In this document: positions 49,537-62,381 of the stretch, in pieces
How positions within the stretch are numbered: position 1 is the first letter of the stretch
Layout of the letters: each line of letters starts with the position of its first letter
Position numbers and translations under genes: made by a program
Assembly: GCA_900317555.1 (NCBI GenBank)
Contig: ONHF01000015.1
Location: forward strand, 6,090 to 70,089
DNA length: 64,000 bases
Source: an uncultured Lachnospiraceae bacterium
Lineage (GTDB): Bacteria; Bacillota; Clostridia; Lachnospirales; Lachnospiraceae
Reading direction: 5' to 3'
Notes under the pieces: generated by a model
The model's input: only the letters and a program-made list of their open reading frames with translations
Databases searched by the model: none
Told to the model about the DNA's origin: nothing

Positions 49537-49547
<11 letters not shown>
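48138..49547 (-). CDS. radA: DNA repair protein RadA/Sms
   Basis: C4 zinc finger, GDPGIGKST, KNRFG. Confidence 0.98.
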
Positions 49548-52042
<2,495 letters not shown>

Positions 52043-52050
<8 letters not shown>

Positions 52051-52522
52051 CCGTTTCGTCCTTTTCCACTGTATTCTGTTCCCTGCACGGGGACTTGCGC
52101 TTCGCTTCCGGCTGTTTCCCCGGCGGTGTATACCTGCCCTCATCGCTGACATAGCCGGCGAACTCGTCACAGACTTCATCCACCAGCCGGTGCATGTCGC
52201 TGCGGCTGAGATCCCGGCAGATTGCCTCTGCGATCAATGGCTCCATGCTCTTGCGGATCGTGTCCATGGCGCGCTGCTTGTTCACATCGACGGATATGAC
52301 AGCGCCTTTTCTGCGGTCCACTTTGACAAAGCCTTCCTGCTTCAAAACAGAATACGCCTTGTTCACCGTATGCATGTTGATTCCGATATCATCCGCAAGC
52401 TGGCGGACAGACGGAAGCACCTGACCGTCTGTAAACTGACTGGTCGCTATTCCCAGAATAATCTGATTGCACAGCTGCTGATAATAAGCTTCATCGCTGC
52501 TGAAATCAATCTCAAGATACAT
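52043..52522 (-). CDS. GntR (YtrA-type) transcriptional regulator
   Basis: LPSVRQLA...INMHTVNKAY..L..EGF; GGAGG SD; stop overlaps clpC start. Confidence 0.92.
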
Positions 52523-52566
52523 AAACGTCACCTCCGATTCATGGCAAACGTCTGCCGGCATAAAAA

Positions 52567-52613
52567 CCGGCATGATAATTGTTATACCTAATATATAACA
52601 ATTATCATGCCGG
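52567..52613. promoter_or_regulatory. 20-bp perfect inverted repeat, probable GntR operator overlapping promoter
   Basis: CCGGCATGATAATTGTTATA-7 bp-TATAACAATTATCATGCCGG; TTGACC-17-TATATT on the minus strand overlaps it. Confidence 0.75.
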
Positions 52614-52665
52614 GTCAATTCCACTGCGAAAAGTTTATGAAGTTTTCATGGATGCGCGGAATCCG

Positions 52666-53964
52666 TTACTGATTGTCGTCATCCATGTTGATGAAATCAT
52701 AATCGAAATCATCGTCTGCCGCAAAATTTTTGACAGGTCTGGAAGGTCTCTGGGGTGCCTGCTGCGGCGCATCATTCATGCGCTGCCGGGGATCGGCTCC
52801 TGCCGCTCCTGCAGGACGCTGCGGTCTTCTTACAGCATCCGGACGCTGCTGCGGATTCATCCCCCGCATTTCCCGCGCTTCTTCCGCTCCCATGGGACGG
52901 GATACTCTCTGATCTCTTTGCATTCTCGGAGCAGGACGGTCTGTGCGGATGTCCCGGTCCTCCGGGCGTCTTGCGCTCTCGCGGACACCGTCTCCGATTG
53001 CCCTGTTCATGCCGGGTTTGGCCTGAAAGCTGCGCATATCACGCATATCCCTCTCCGGTCTGTCCGTCCGGATGTCCTCATCTCCGGGAAGCGGCGCACG
53101 GCGGCCCTGCTGCAAAGGTCTTCTTGCAGCGTCCGTCTGACGTCTTGAAGGATATGCGTCATTCCGGTCGCGGACAGGTCGTCTTTCTCTGCCGACAGCG
53201 CTGAGATCATCCGCGTCCGCGCCGCGTTTTCTTGCCATGCTGCGCTCTCTTGTAAGATTTCTCTCCCGTGCGCTGTTGTTGAGCGCGTCACGCAGTTTCA
53301 GGAACAGAACAACGCAGCCGCCGATTGCCGCGAGCGCCAGAACCGCAAACGCAATCACGAAAGCCTTCCACTTGGTGGACGCCGCCTTGGCAGCAGCTTC
53401 CGCTGTCGTCACCCTGTCTTTCAAAGACTCGATGTCGGAAATCTTCATGCGCTCATTTGCGTTATTGTTGTACAGATAATAGGTCTTTTCTCCGGTATCG
53501 TCCGGTGCGAGAACGATCTGATATCCGCCGGTATCAGACGTTGCCGCCGCGCTGCTGTCCTGCGAAGGTGTTTCCGCAGCTTCCGTAGAACCCGCGTTTG
53601 CGGACTCACCGTCCTGCTGCTGCGCGTCGTCCTGCGAGGGCGTGGCGGTTCCGGCATCATCCTGATTCACCGTCATCAGATCGCTCCGGATATAGCCCGT
53701 GGCACCACTGCCGAGCGTTACCTGATACCATGTATTCCCATCGCTGTCCGTTGTGCTGTCTCCGACCTGAAAAGTTTCTCCGGAAGAGACAGTGCCGACA
53801 ACACTCGAAGTTGTAGACGCTTCGCCGCGGACATTGACATCCGTTCCGTTTACGGAACCTGTTGCAGCCAGCGGTGAAAGAACAGCCGCAGGTGACATAA
53901 ATCCAAGGGCAGCCGACAGAACAGCTGTCGCCGCAAGGACTTTCATCCCTTTGCTTCTAACCAT
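52666..53964 (-). CDS. SH3b-domain single-pass membrane protein with Arg-rich disordered tail
   Basis: Signal peptide, VNVR..WYQV..GYIRSDL SH3b motif, TM, low-complexity tail. Confidence 0.85.
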   Translation of the reverse strand: MVRSKGMKVLAATAVLSAALGFMSPAAVLSPLAATGSVNGTDVNVRGEASTTSSVVGTVSSGETFQVGDSTTDSDGNTWYQVTLGSGATGYIRSDLMTVNQDDAGTATPSQDDAQQQDGESANAGSTEAAETPSQDSSAAATSDTGGYQIVLAPDDTGEKTYYLYNNNANERMKISDIESLKDRVTTAEAAAKAASTKWKAFVIAFAVLALAAIGGCVVLFLKLRDALNNSARERNLTRERSMARKRGADADDLSAVGRERRPVRDRNDAYPSRRQTDAARRPLQQGRRAPLPGDEDIRTDRPERDMRDMRSFQAKPGMNRAIGDGVRESARRPEDRDIRTDRPAPRMQRDQRVSRPMGAEEAREMRGMNPQQRPDAVRRPQRPAGAAGADPRQRMNDAPQQAPQRPSRPVKNFAADDDFDYDFINMDDDNQ

Positions 53965-54029
53965 ATTTACTTACCTCTTAAAAAAACTTAGTTATCAGAA
54001 AAAACAACGATAATTTATATTACATCGCA

Positions 54030-55307
54030 TTACTGCGCATCGTCAATTGCCTTTCCGATGTCGTGACGCATATACATACCTTCAAACGAAACCAGACGGA
54101 CAGCTTCATATGCCTTCGCTCTAGCCTCTTTGAGCGTCGGCGCAAGCGCAGTTATACCGAGGACGCGCCCTCCGTTCGTTACGACTCTTCCCTCGTCATC
54201 AAATTTCGTGCCGGCATGGAAGCAGTAAAGATCCGGCTTTCCGTCGAAGTTTTCAAGGCCCGCAATGACCTTCCCCTTCTCATAATGCAGAGGATAGCCG
54301 CCGCTGGCAAGTACAACGCAGACTGCTGCGTTGTCTTCAAATGCAAGGCTGATCTTATCCAGAGTGCCGTTCATACACGCCTCAAAAACATCAATAATAT
54401 CCGTCTTCATACGGGGCAGCACGACCTGCGTCTCCGGATCACCAAAGCGGGTGTTGTATTCCACGACTTTGGGGCCCTGCGGCGTCAGCATCAGGCCGAA
54501 GTATAAAACTCCGCGGAACGGACGTCCCTCCTTTGCCATGGCATCAACCGTCGGCTGGAAAATGGTTCTGTCGCAGACTTTCCTGATCTCCTCTGTAAAG
54601 AACGGGCTCGGGGAAAACGTCCCCATGCCGCCGGTATTCAGACCTGTATCTCCGTCGCCGATTCTCTTGTGATCCTGCGACGAGCTCATCAGCCGGTAAT
54701 GTGTGCCGTCGACAAACGCGAGCGCCGATACTTCGCGGCCGGTCATAAACTCTTCGATCACAAGTTCGTTTCCGGCACTGCCGAACTTCTTGTCCAGCAT
54801 GATTTCCCGGACGCCATCCTGCGCCTGGTCGAAGTCTTTGCAGATCAGGACGCCTTTTCCGAGCGCCAGCCCGTCCGCCTTTAGTACGATCGGATAATCA
54901 CAGCTTCTTAAATATTCCACCGCCCTGTCCGCGTCTGTAAAAATCTCGTAAGCTGCTGTCGGAATGCCATACTTCTTCATGAGCTGCTTCGAAAATGCTT
55001 TACTTCCTTCAATAATGGCAGCGTTTTTCCTGGTTCCGAAAATTTTAAGTCCGGCAGCTTCGAAAGCGTCAACAATACCGGCGCAGAGGGGATCATCCTG
55101 GCTGCAGACCGCAAGATCGATCTGCTTTTCCTTCGCGAAATCAATCAGTCTGTCAAATTCCATGACACCGATCGGGACACACTCTGCGATCTTCGCGATC
55201 CCCGCGTTCCCGGGCGCGCAGTAGAGCTTGTCTACTCTTCTCGATTTCACAATAGCTGCCGCGATGGCGTGCTCCCGCCCGCCGCCGCCGATCAGAAGTA
55301 CCTTCAT
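54030..55307 (-). CDS. purD: Phosphoribosylamine-glycine ligase
   Basis: GGGGREHA, KADGLALGKGV, NTGGMG. Confidence 0.98.
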   Translation of the reverse strand: MKVLLIGGGGREHAIAAAIVKSRRVDKLYCAPGNAGIAKIAECVPIGVMEFDRLIDFAKEKQIDLAVCSQDDPLCAGIVDAFEAAGLKIFGTRKNAAIIEGSKAFSKQLMKKYGIPTAAYEIFTDADRAVEYLRSCDYPIVLKADGLALGKGVLICKDFDQAQDGVREIMLDKKFGSAGNELVIEEFMTGREVSALAFVDGTHYRLMSSSQDHKRIGDGDTGLNTGGMGTFSPSPFFTEEIRKVCDRTIFQPTVDAMAKEGRPFRGVLYFGLMLTPQGPKVVEYNTRFGDPETQVVLPRMKTDIIDVFEACMNGTLDKISLAFEDNAAVCVVLASGGYPLHYEKGKVIAGLENFDGKPDLYCFHAGTKFDDEGRVVTNGGRVLGITALAPTLKEARAKAYEAVRLVSFEGMYMRHDIGKAIDDAQ

Positions 55308-55320
55308 AGTGTCTCCTTTG

Positions 55321-55947
55321 TCACGGTGCGATCCGTGTTGTTTTGCCGGAAAGAACGACTCTGCCCTGCGCGATCAGTGAAATCGCACGCGGAAGAATGA
55401 GCCATTCCGCTTCCTTCATAACTTTCTGCTGCAGCTCCTGCGGTGTAATCCCGTCCGGAATCTCAACCGCCTTCTGCAGAATAATCGGGCCGGAATCCAT
55501 CCCTTCGTCGACGAAATGCACGGTAGCCCCGGTTACCTTGACGCCGCGCTCTAGAGCTTTCTCATGCACCTTCAGGCCATAATACCCCTTCCCGCAGAAA
55601 GACGGAATCAGGGAAGGATGAATGTTGATGATCTTCATCGGAAACGCCCGGATCACAGCTTCCGGAATCGCGACCAGAAAACCGGCGAGAACGATCAGAT
55701 CGGGCGAAAGCTCCTGCAGTTTCCGAAGGAGTGCCTCATTGAACCGCTCCCGCGTCTCATAATCTTTCGGGGAAAGGCACAGCGCCGGTATACCGGCATT
55801 CTTCGCGCGCGTCAGCGCGTACGCGCCGGGATTGTTGCTGAGCACGCAGGCAATTTCCACGTCTTTCAGCGTGCCGTCCCCGATCCTGTCAATGATTGCC
55901 TGCAGGTTTGTTCCGCCGCCGGATACCAGGACTACTGTTCTAAGCAT
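55321..55947 (-). CDS. purN: Phosphoribosylglycinamide formyltransferase
   Basis: SGGGTNLQA, NIHPSL, GATVHFV. Confidence 0.98.
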   Translation of the reverse strand: MLRTVVLVSGGGTNLQAIIDRIGDGTLKDVEIACVLSNNPGAYALTRAKNAGIPALCLSPKDYETRERFNEALLRKLQELSPDLIVLAGFLVAIPEAVIRAFPMKIINIHPSLIPSFCGKGYYGLKVHEKALERGVKVTGATVHFVDEGMDSGPIILQKAVEIPDGITPQELQQKVMKEAEWLILPRAISLIAQGRVVLSGKTTRIAP

Positions 55948-55983
55948 TTTTGCCTCCTTCGCTGCGCTGCGGGCGCCTGTCTG

Positions 55984-57066
55984 TCAGACAAGCTGAATTC
56001 CCTTTCGGCTGCCGGCCTTTGTGTTGCCGCCGGCTTCGATCGGTCCCGCTTCATCCGCGCTCACGATTTCGCCGACAACATAAGCCTTCTCGCCTGCTGT
56101 TGCCGCGGCGTCCAGCACCTTCTGCTTATCGGCAGGATCAATCGCAAGGCAGAGTCCGATTCCCATGTTGAACGTATTATACATCACATGTTCATCGATT
56201 CCGCCGGTCTTCTGCAAAAGCCCGAAAATCGCCGGAACCGGATAACTGTCTTTATGAATTCTGGCAACCGTGCTGTTCGGAAGCATTCTCGGAATATTTT
56301 CGTAGAAACCGCCGCCGGTCACATGACTGCAGCCCTTGACCCGGACGCCTGCTTCGCGGATGCTCTTCATTGCATGCACATAGATCTTCGTCGGGGTCAG
56401 GAGTGTCTCGCCCAGTGTTGCGCCAAGCTCCGGATAATACTTGTCCAGCACCTCTTTGCTGTTAATGTTAAACACTTTGCGGACAAGAGAAAATCCGTTG
56501 GAATGAACACCGGAGGAAGCGAGGCCGATCAGCATATCTCCGGGCTTTATATTTTCGCCGGTAATCATGTCTTTCCGCTCAACAACACCTACCGAAAAGC
56601 CCGCAAGATCATATTCGTCATCCGGCATCAGGCCGGGATGCTCCGCCGTTTCACCGCCAAGGAGCGCGCTGTCCGCCTGTACGCAGCCTTCCGCGACGCC
56701 TTTGACGATTGCCGCGATTTTCTCGGGAACATTCTTGCCGCAGGCAATATAATCCAGGAAAAACAAAGGCTCCCCGCCCGCGCACGCAACGTCATTGACA
56801 CACATCGCAACTGCGTCAATGCCGACCGTATCGTGCCGGTCCAAAAGAAACGCCAGCTTCTGCTTGGTACCGACGCCATCCGTCCCGGACAGAAGAACCG
56901 GATCCTCCATTTCCCTGATTTTTGAAAGCGAAAAAGCGCCGGAAAAACCGCCGAGCCCGCCGAGAACCTCGGGGCGCAGCGTTTTCTTCACGTACTGCTT
57001 CATCAGTTCTACGGACCTGTAGCCGGCTTCAACATCTACGCCGGAGGACTTGTAATCAATCGCCAT
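55984..57066 (-). CDS. purM: AIR synthase
   Basis: SGTDGVGTK, GGETAEHP, HSNGFSL. Confidence 0.98.
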   Translation of the reverse strand: MAIDYKSSGVDVEAGYRSVELMKQYVKKTLRPEVLGGLGGFSGAFSLSKIREMEDPVLLSGTDGVGTKQKLAFLLDRHDTVGIDAVAMCVNDVACAGGEPLFFLDYIACGKNVPEKIAAIVKGVAEGCVQADSALLGGETAEHPGLMPDDEYDLAGFSVGVVERKDMITGENIKPGDMLIGLASSGVHSNGFSLVRKVFNINSKEVLDKYYPELGATLGETLLTPTKIYVHAMKSIREAGVRVKGCSHVTGGGFYENIPRMLPNSTVARIHKDSYPVPAIFGLLQKTGGIDEHVMYNTFNMGIGLCLAIDPADKQKVLDAAATAGEKAYVVGEIVSADEAGPIEAGGNTKAGSRKGIQLV

Positions 57067-57110
57067 TGGAATACCTTCCTTTCGTGGTGTCTGTTGTTCC
57101 ATGATTTTCG

Positions 57111-57620
57111 TTATTCTTTCGAATAGTTCTTATAACCGGTTTTCTGCAGTCTGCTGTCCTTGGCTTCGACTTCGGCTTTCAGATCCGCAAGATACTCTTT
57201 CATCCGCTTCCGCAGACTTTCATCGGAAACCGACAGAATCTTGACCGCAAGAAGGCCGGCATTCTTTCCGCCGTCTATCGCGACGGTCGCCACCGGAATA
57301 CCGCCCGGCATCTGCACGATCGAATACAGGGAATCGCGCCCGCCCAAAGACTTTGTATGCATCGGAATTCCGATGACAGGAAGCGGGAAAAGCGCGGCGC
57401 ACATGCCGGGAAGATGCGCAGCCATGCCGGCGCCCGCAATAATGACTTTGATGCCCCGCTCTTCGGCGCCCTTCGCCCATTCGAAAAAGACATCCGGCTC
57501 TCTGTGCGCCGAAATAATGTGCATTTCGTAATCGATGCCGAAGGCATCCAGAATTTCCGCCGCCTTGCTCATCACCGGCATATCCGAATCAGAACCCATA
57601 ACAATGCCAACCGCTGCCAT
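57111..57620 (-). CDS. purE: N5-CAIR mutase
   Basis: MGSDSD, SAHR, AAHLPG. Confidence 0.98.
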   Translation of the reverse strand: MAAVGIVMGSDSDMPVMSKAAEILDAFGIDYEMHIISAHREPDVFFEWAKGAEERGIKVIIAGAGMAAHLPGMCAALFPLPVIGIPMHTKSLGGRDSLYSIVQMPGGIPVATVAIDGGKNAGLLAVKILSVSDESLRKRMKEYLADLKAEVEAKDSRLQKTGYKNYSKE

Positions 57621-57676
57621 AATCTACCTCCTGCCGCTTGAATTACTGTTCATTTATCTGCACGCTGCCTTTCGGA

Positions 57677-59800
57677 TTACAAGGTATCCAGCGCTGTGTT
57701 CAACTCCTGCGTCCCCGGCAAAACAAACCTTCCGTTCTGAATAATCTCCGTCCGTTTTCCGTCTTTTGTGATGGCTGTGACTTCTCCGAGCTCTTCGAAA
57801 GGGATCGTGATGTCTGTATGGCAGCCGAAATACGCACCGGACGGGTCCTTTTCACGAAGCCTTGAAAAATCATTTTCCTTCGCGACAATCTCTTTTCCGT
57901 CCGGATTGAATACCGCGTTATCCTCTTCGTGACTGTAGCAGGTATCACCGACCGCGAAGTGCGGTCCGGTTTTCTCCGCGATCAGAATCGGGTAGAAGCC
58001 TGCGATGCCGTATTTTCTTCCCGCAGCGTACGCGGTCGTGTTGGTGCCGATCGCACATTCTCCCATCGGCAGCGTTTTATGGTGGAACAGAATATTGTCC
58101 TCAATATACGCCCGCCCCTTGGCAATTTCGTGTTCTTCGCCCGCGAAATTGCCGCACGAATAATCCGTGACACAGCCGTCATCGAACGTGAGAGTCAGGT
58201 CTCTGAAATAGAGGCCTTCCAGATACACACCGGAAACATGTAAAACGCCCTCGGTTCCCTTTAGTACAGGAGACGTGAAAACTTCTCCGACCGGAATATT
58301 CACATCCGCGACGCAGTTCTCGAAAATTGCCTGCTTCGAGGGATCGGAAAGCTTATAGAGGTTTACGGTAAGGTCTGTTTTGTTGGAACCGGCGCCTTTA
58401 AAATACAGCCTGTCAGCAAGATTCAGCGTGTCGATCAGTGTCTGCTGGATGCGCTGATACTTGTGATAGTCCAGTGTATTGAGTTCCATGACTGCGTTAA
58501 AAATCTTATGATATGCCTCCGCCTGGTCCGAAATCGTGACATACGGCGTGTGAATACCGGCCTCACCGATTTCCGGAAGCGGGAACGAAATAATCGTAAA
58601 GCTTCTGTTGCGGCCGATAACCGCCTCGTTATATTCTCCGGACGCAGCCTGACGGAAACGCGCGGACATTTCGTTCTGTGCAGGAGAAAACTTCGGCTGC
58701 CAGCTTCCCGTGCGCGGCGAAAAAGGTTTTTCACCGAAAGCTTCCATGACTGCAGGGCCGGCGTAAACCTTGAATCCTTCCGGCTCCTTTCTGTACGCGG
58801 CACGCATTGCCTCGATTCTTCTGTTTGCCAGAAACTCATCCAAAATAAGAGCCAGATCATTCTTATGATCAAACGAACACTGACGGTTTGCTGCCGCCCC
58901 CGTGTATCCGCGCTGCGGCTGAATGCTGAAAAGGCTCTGCAGGGCTCTTGGTATGATGCACTCTTTTCCCATTGCCTCGAAATTTGAAACCGCGCGCCGG
59001 ATCATGCGTTCGAAGCCCAGGTGGTACTCGATGCTGACGCATCTTTTGGAATCAAGATCCTTTCCGGAAACCACAAAGCCGATACGGAAACCCTCCGTAA
59101 AGGTGTCTGCCATCCGGCTGATCTGCTCATCCGGCAACGTCTGCAGATATCTTGCAGTTCCCAGCTCGTTTTCCGTGATATATTCGCCAAACCGGTACAG
59201 ATAGCGAAGATCCGAAAGATCGCTGTCCATGACAATCGCTGCTGCCGGATCTTCCTGCGGCGCCAGCATGCGGATCCGGTCCGCTGTCATCTCGTCTTCC
59301 GCGTAGTCGCGGACATAACCGTAGAGTGCGCCGCGGATATCTGAAGCAGACGGCGCATCCGGTCCTTCCTCTTCCTGTGCAGCCATCGTGAACATTGCGT
59401 AAACCTGCAGAAAAAGCTCCATGCGGATCAGCATCTGCTCCCGCCGGTCTTCATAGGCAAATGCGATAAGCGAACGCAGTTCGTAAGCCAGCATCGAAAG
59501 GAGCTGTCCGTATTCCTTCCCGAGCTTTGAAACCGCGTATTCCGGATTCACGTAACTATGCCCGTAATTTTCCGGCAGAATATCTTCGTAGAGCACGTGA
59601 TTGTGCTTCTGCCAGACGTTCAGCGGAGCATCCGCAGCTTCCTTCTGAAGGAAATTGTATTCGTCCAGAAACAGCGTGAGTTCCCCGGCTTCCCTGACAA
59701 AATAATCAGCCGCGAAATCCGCTACACTTCCCCTCGCTTCTTCTGCGATTTCACGGATTCGTTCCTCTGCCAGCTGATATCGTTCTTCATTTTCAAACAT
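57677..59800 (-). CDS. Aminopeptidase (M29-like catalytic C-terminus, long N-terminal region)
   Basis: NIPVGEVFTSP, GECAIGTN, EK..PHFAVG, HTDI. Confidence 0.85.
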   Translation of the reverse strand: MFENEERYQLAEERIREIAEEARGSVADFAADYFVREAGELTLFLDEYNFLQKEAADAPLNVWQKHNHVLYEDILPENYGHSYVNPEYAVSKLGKEYGQLLSMLAYELRSLIAFAYEDRREQMLIRMELFLQVYAMFTMAAQEEEGPDAPSASDIRGALYGYVRDYAEDEMTADRIRMLAPQEDPAAAIVMDSDLSDLRYLYRFGEYITENELGTARYLQTLPDEQISRMADTFTEGFRIGFVVSGKDLDSKRCVSIEYHLGFERMIRRAVSNFEAMGKECIIPRALQSLFSIQPQRGYTGAAANRQCSFDHKNDLALILDEFLANRRIEAMRAAYRKEPEGFKVYAGPAVMEAFGEKPFSPRTGSWQPKFSPAQNEMSARFRQAASGEYNEAVIGRNRSFTIISFPLPEIGEAGIHTPYVTISDQAEAYHKIFNAVMELNTLDYHKYQRIQQTLIDTLNLADRLYFKGAGSNKTDLTVNLYKLSDPSKQAIFENCVADVNIPVGEVFTSPVLKGTEGVLHVSGVYLEGLYFRDLTLTFDDGCVTDYSCGNFAGEEHEIAKGRAYIEDNILFHHKTLPMGECAIGTNTTAYAAGRKYGIAGFYPILIAEKTGPHFAVGDTCYSHEEDNAVFNPDGKEIVAKENDFSRLREKDPSGAYFGCHTDITIPFEELGEVTAITKDGKRTEIIQNGRFVLPGTQELNTALDTL

Positions 59801-59821
59801 ATAACAACTCCTGTTGTTTTC

Positions 59822-60142
59822 TCATACCACAAGGCCAAGATACATCGTCACAAAACACAGCGCGACAACTGCCCCGTTCAGGATGATGCCGGCATAGGAA
59901 AAGAAATACCAGCGGTCCGGCTCACGCCTCGACAAAATGGCGAGGATCAACCCGATCAGAGAGAAAAAAAGACACACAAAAGCGACGGCGCCATACCGCA
60001 GCTCGGCATGGCCCTCGTTTTTGTATGTCAGATAAATCATTACGGACATGGAGATCACGGAAATCAGACCGAGACTCGTCGCAATCAGAGCCTTCGTTGA
60101 CTGTTTCTTCGCCGTAAAAAGGTAGCTGCGCGGTCTCTTCAA
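59822..60142 (-). CDS. Small three-TM membrane protein (DUF6142-like)
   Basis: Basic N-terminus Y.FT.K plus three hydrophobic segments; overlaps pyrE stop. Confidence 0.7.
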   Translation of the reverse strand: MKRPRSYLFTAKKQSTKALIATSLGLISVISMSVMIYLTYKNEGHAELRYGAVAFVCLFFSLIGLILAILSRREPDRWYFFSYAGIILNGAVVALCFVTMYLGLVV

Positions 60143-60819
60143 TGCTTCACTCCGTATTCTTTATAGTATGCTTCCAGTGATTTCTTCATCTTCGAGTCAA
60201 TCAGAGGCTTGGCAGATCCCTCTGCGTGGCTTAAGTGTTCAACCACTTCGGACATGGTGACAATCGCGTGTGTACTGAAGCCGTACTTGTTCCGGATTTC
60301 ATCCAGTGCGGATACCTCTCCGCCAAGTCCGACTTCTTCACGGTTCAGGGATACCATGAGTCCCAAAATGTCCACATCCGCCTGCGCGCGCAGGATCGGT
60401 ACGGTTTCCGCCATGGAAGCGCCGGACGTCGTCACATCTTCAATAATTACGATTCTGTCACCGTCATGAAGTTTGCTGCCGAGCAGAATTCCTTTATCTC
60501 CGTGATCCTTGATCTCCTTGCGGTTCGCGCAGTACTTGATCTTGGCGCCATAGAGCTTGCTCAGAGCCATGACGGTCGCGACAGACAGCGGTATGCCTTT
60601 GTATGCAGGTCCGAACAAAACATCAAAATCCGTTCCATACTCTGCATGGATCGCGCGGGCATAAAACTCACCGAGCTTGATCAGCTGGTCGCCGCTCTGA
60701 TACAGGCCGGCGTTCATGTAAAACGGCGACTTTCTGCCGCTCTTCAACGTAAATTCACCAAACTGGAGGACTCTTGATTCAACCATGAAATCAATAAAGT
60801 CTTTTTTGTACTGTTCCAT
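60139..60819 (-). CDS. pyrE: Orotate phosphoribosyltransferase
   Basis: FTLKSGRKSP, GPAYKGIP, IIEDVTTSG. Confidence 0.98.
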   Translation of the reverse strand: MEQYKKDFIDFMVESRVLQFGEFTLKSGRKSPFYMNAGLYQSGDQLIKLGEFYARAIHAEYGTDFDVLFGPAYKGIPLSVATVMALSKLYGAKIKYCANRKEIKDHGDKGILLGSKLHDGDRIVIIEDVTTSGASMAETVPILRAQADVDILGLMVSLNREEVGLGGEVSALDEIRNKYGFSTHAIVTMSEVVEHLSHAEGSAKPLIDSKMKKSLEAYYKEYGVKH

Positions 60820-60858
60820 TGTGTGGTACTCCCAGGATAAGAATTATTACAGCGCAGT

Positions 60859-61797
60859 TTACAGAGCGCTGCGGATGTCCTCGACCATATCGACAGCGGC
60901 TGCTCTCGCGGCGTCCGCGAAGCCTTCCGCGCCGTACTTACTATACTTCTCTTTTGTATAAGCCGCAATAATACCACGGGAAGAATTTACGATCGCGCCA
61001 ACGCCGTCCTTGTTAAAGAAGCAGGCAAGGTCCTTTGCTCCCGCTCCCTGCGCACCGTAACCGGGTGCCAGAATGAAGGTATTCGGCATCAGCTCGCGAA
61101 GCCTCTTTGCCTGCTCGGGGTACGTTGCGCCGACAACTGCGCCGACATTGCTGTACGCGCCGTCCATCGACAGTTCGCCCCATTCGCGGACCTTCTCACC
61201 GACAAGCTCATAAACCGGTCTTCCGTCCTGCGTTAAAACATCCTGGAATTCACCGCTCGAGGGATTTGATGTTTTGACGAGGACAAAGATTCCTCTGTCC
61301 TGTTCGTTGCAGACATCAATAAACGGCTTGATGCCATCTGAGCCCATGTACGGATTGACTGTCGCGAAATCCTCGTCAAAAACGCGGACGCTGTGACCGC
61401 CGACGCTGACTCTTCCAAGGTGCGCTCTGGCATAGGCTTCGGACGTGGAGCCGATATCTCCGCGCTTCACATCACCAATTACGATGAGGCCCCTTTCACG
61501 CGCGTATCGGATCGTTCTCCAGTATGTCATGAGGCCGGGCACGCCAAACTGCTCATACATGGCGGACTGCGGCTTTACTGCCGGAACCAGATCACAGACC
61601 GCGTCGATGATTTCCTTGTTGAAGCGCCAGACCGCATTCGCGGCGATCATGAGCTCGTCATCCCCGTTCGGTGTGTTCGCTATCTCCCGTGCGGCGTCGC
61701 GGACAAGCTGCTCCGGAATAAATTTCATGTTCGGATCGAGCCCTACAACAACGGGCGCGTTCTTTTTCTGTATTTCTGCAATCAGTCTGGAAATCAT
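60859..61797 (-). CDS. pyrF: Orotidine-5'-phosphate decarboxylase (long subfamily)
   Basis: VGLDP, DVKRGDIGST, PGYGAQG, NSSRGI. Confidence 0.97.
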   Translation of the reverse strand: MISRLIAEIQKKNAPVVVGLDPNMKFIPEQLVRDAAREIANTPNGDDELMIAANAVWRFNKEIIDAVCDLVPAVKPQSAMYEQFGVPGLMTYWRTIRYARERGLIVIGDVKRGDIGSTSEAYARAHLGRVSVGGHSVRVFDEDFATVNPYMGSDGIKPFIDVCNEQDRGIFVLVKTSNPSSGEFQDVLTQDGRPVYELVGEKVREWGELSMDGAYSNVGAVVGATYPEQAKRLRELMPNTFILAPGYGAQGAGAKDLACFFNKDGVGAIVNSSRGIIAAYTKEKYSKYGAEGFADAARAAAVDMVEDIRSAL

Positions 61798-61979
61798 AAG
61801 CTTTCTCCTTTGCAATTCATGTGCAGTATAGCACATGAAAATTCAGGATGCATCAATGAAACGGGATAGCAGGCGTGTTTATTTTCGGGGAAGAATCTGC
61901 TATGATTCTTTTCATGGAAAAGACGTTTGAAGACAGGACGTAATCACTGAAAAGAATCAAGAACAGGCAGGAATCATCT

Positions 61980-62381
61980 TTGAATAATACCGGCAAAACA
62001 TCACAAAATTCATCCGCTCCCGGTAAATCCGGAAGTCAGAAATCCAAAACGCAGAAAATGAAGCCTTCCCGGAACGCAAAACGGATCATCGCAGTCGTGG
62101 CAATCATCCTGCTTGCCGGTATCTATGTGGCGGCTTTTATCGCGGCTTTCTTCACCGGCGCTGACGCGGGCAGGATTTTCCGCTTCTGTCTCGGCATGAC
62201 GATTGCCGTACCTGTATTCGCCTGGATTTTGATCTATATGGCGGGCTGGTTTACGGGGAAACACACAATTGCAAACGTCGATCTCCTGAATTCCAACAAG
62301 GAAGAGCGTAAAAAGATGGAGGACGCGCTCGCCCGGCAGCAGGAGGCGGACCAGAAAACAAAAAGAAATATGAAGCATTAA
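61980..62381 (+). CDS. Hypothetical two-TM membrane protein
   Basis: TTG start after AGGA; two hydrophobic helices, charged tail. Confidence 0.7.
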   Translation: MNNTGKTSQNSSAPGKSGSQKSKTQKMKPSRNAKRIIAVVAIILLAGIYVAAFIAAFFTGADAGRIFRFCLGMTIAVPVFAWILIYMAGWFTGKHTIANVDLLNSNKEERKKMEDALARQQEADQKTKRNMKH

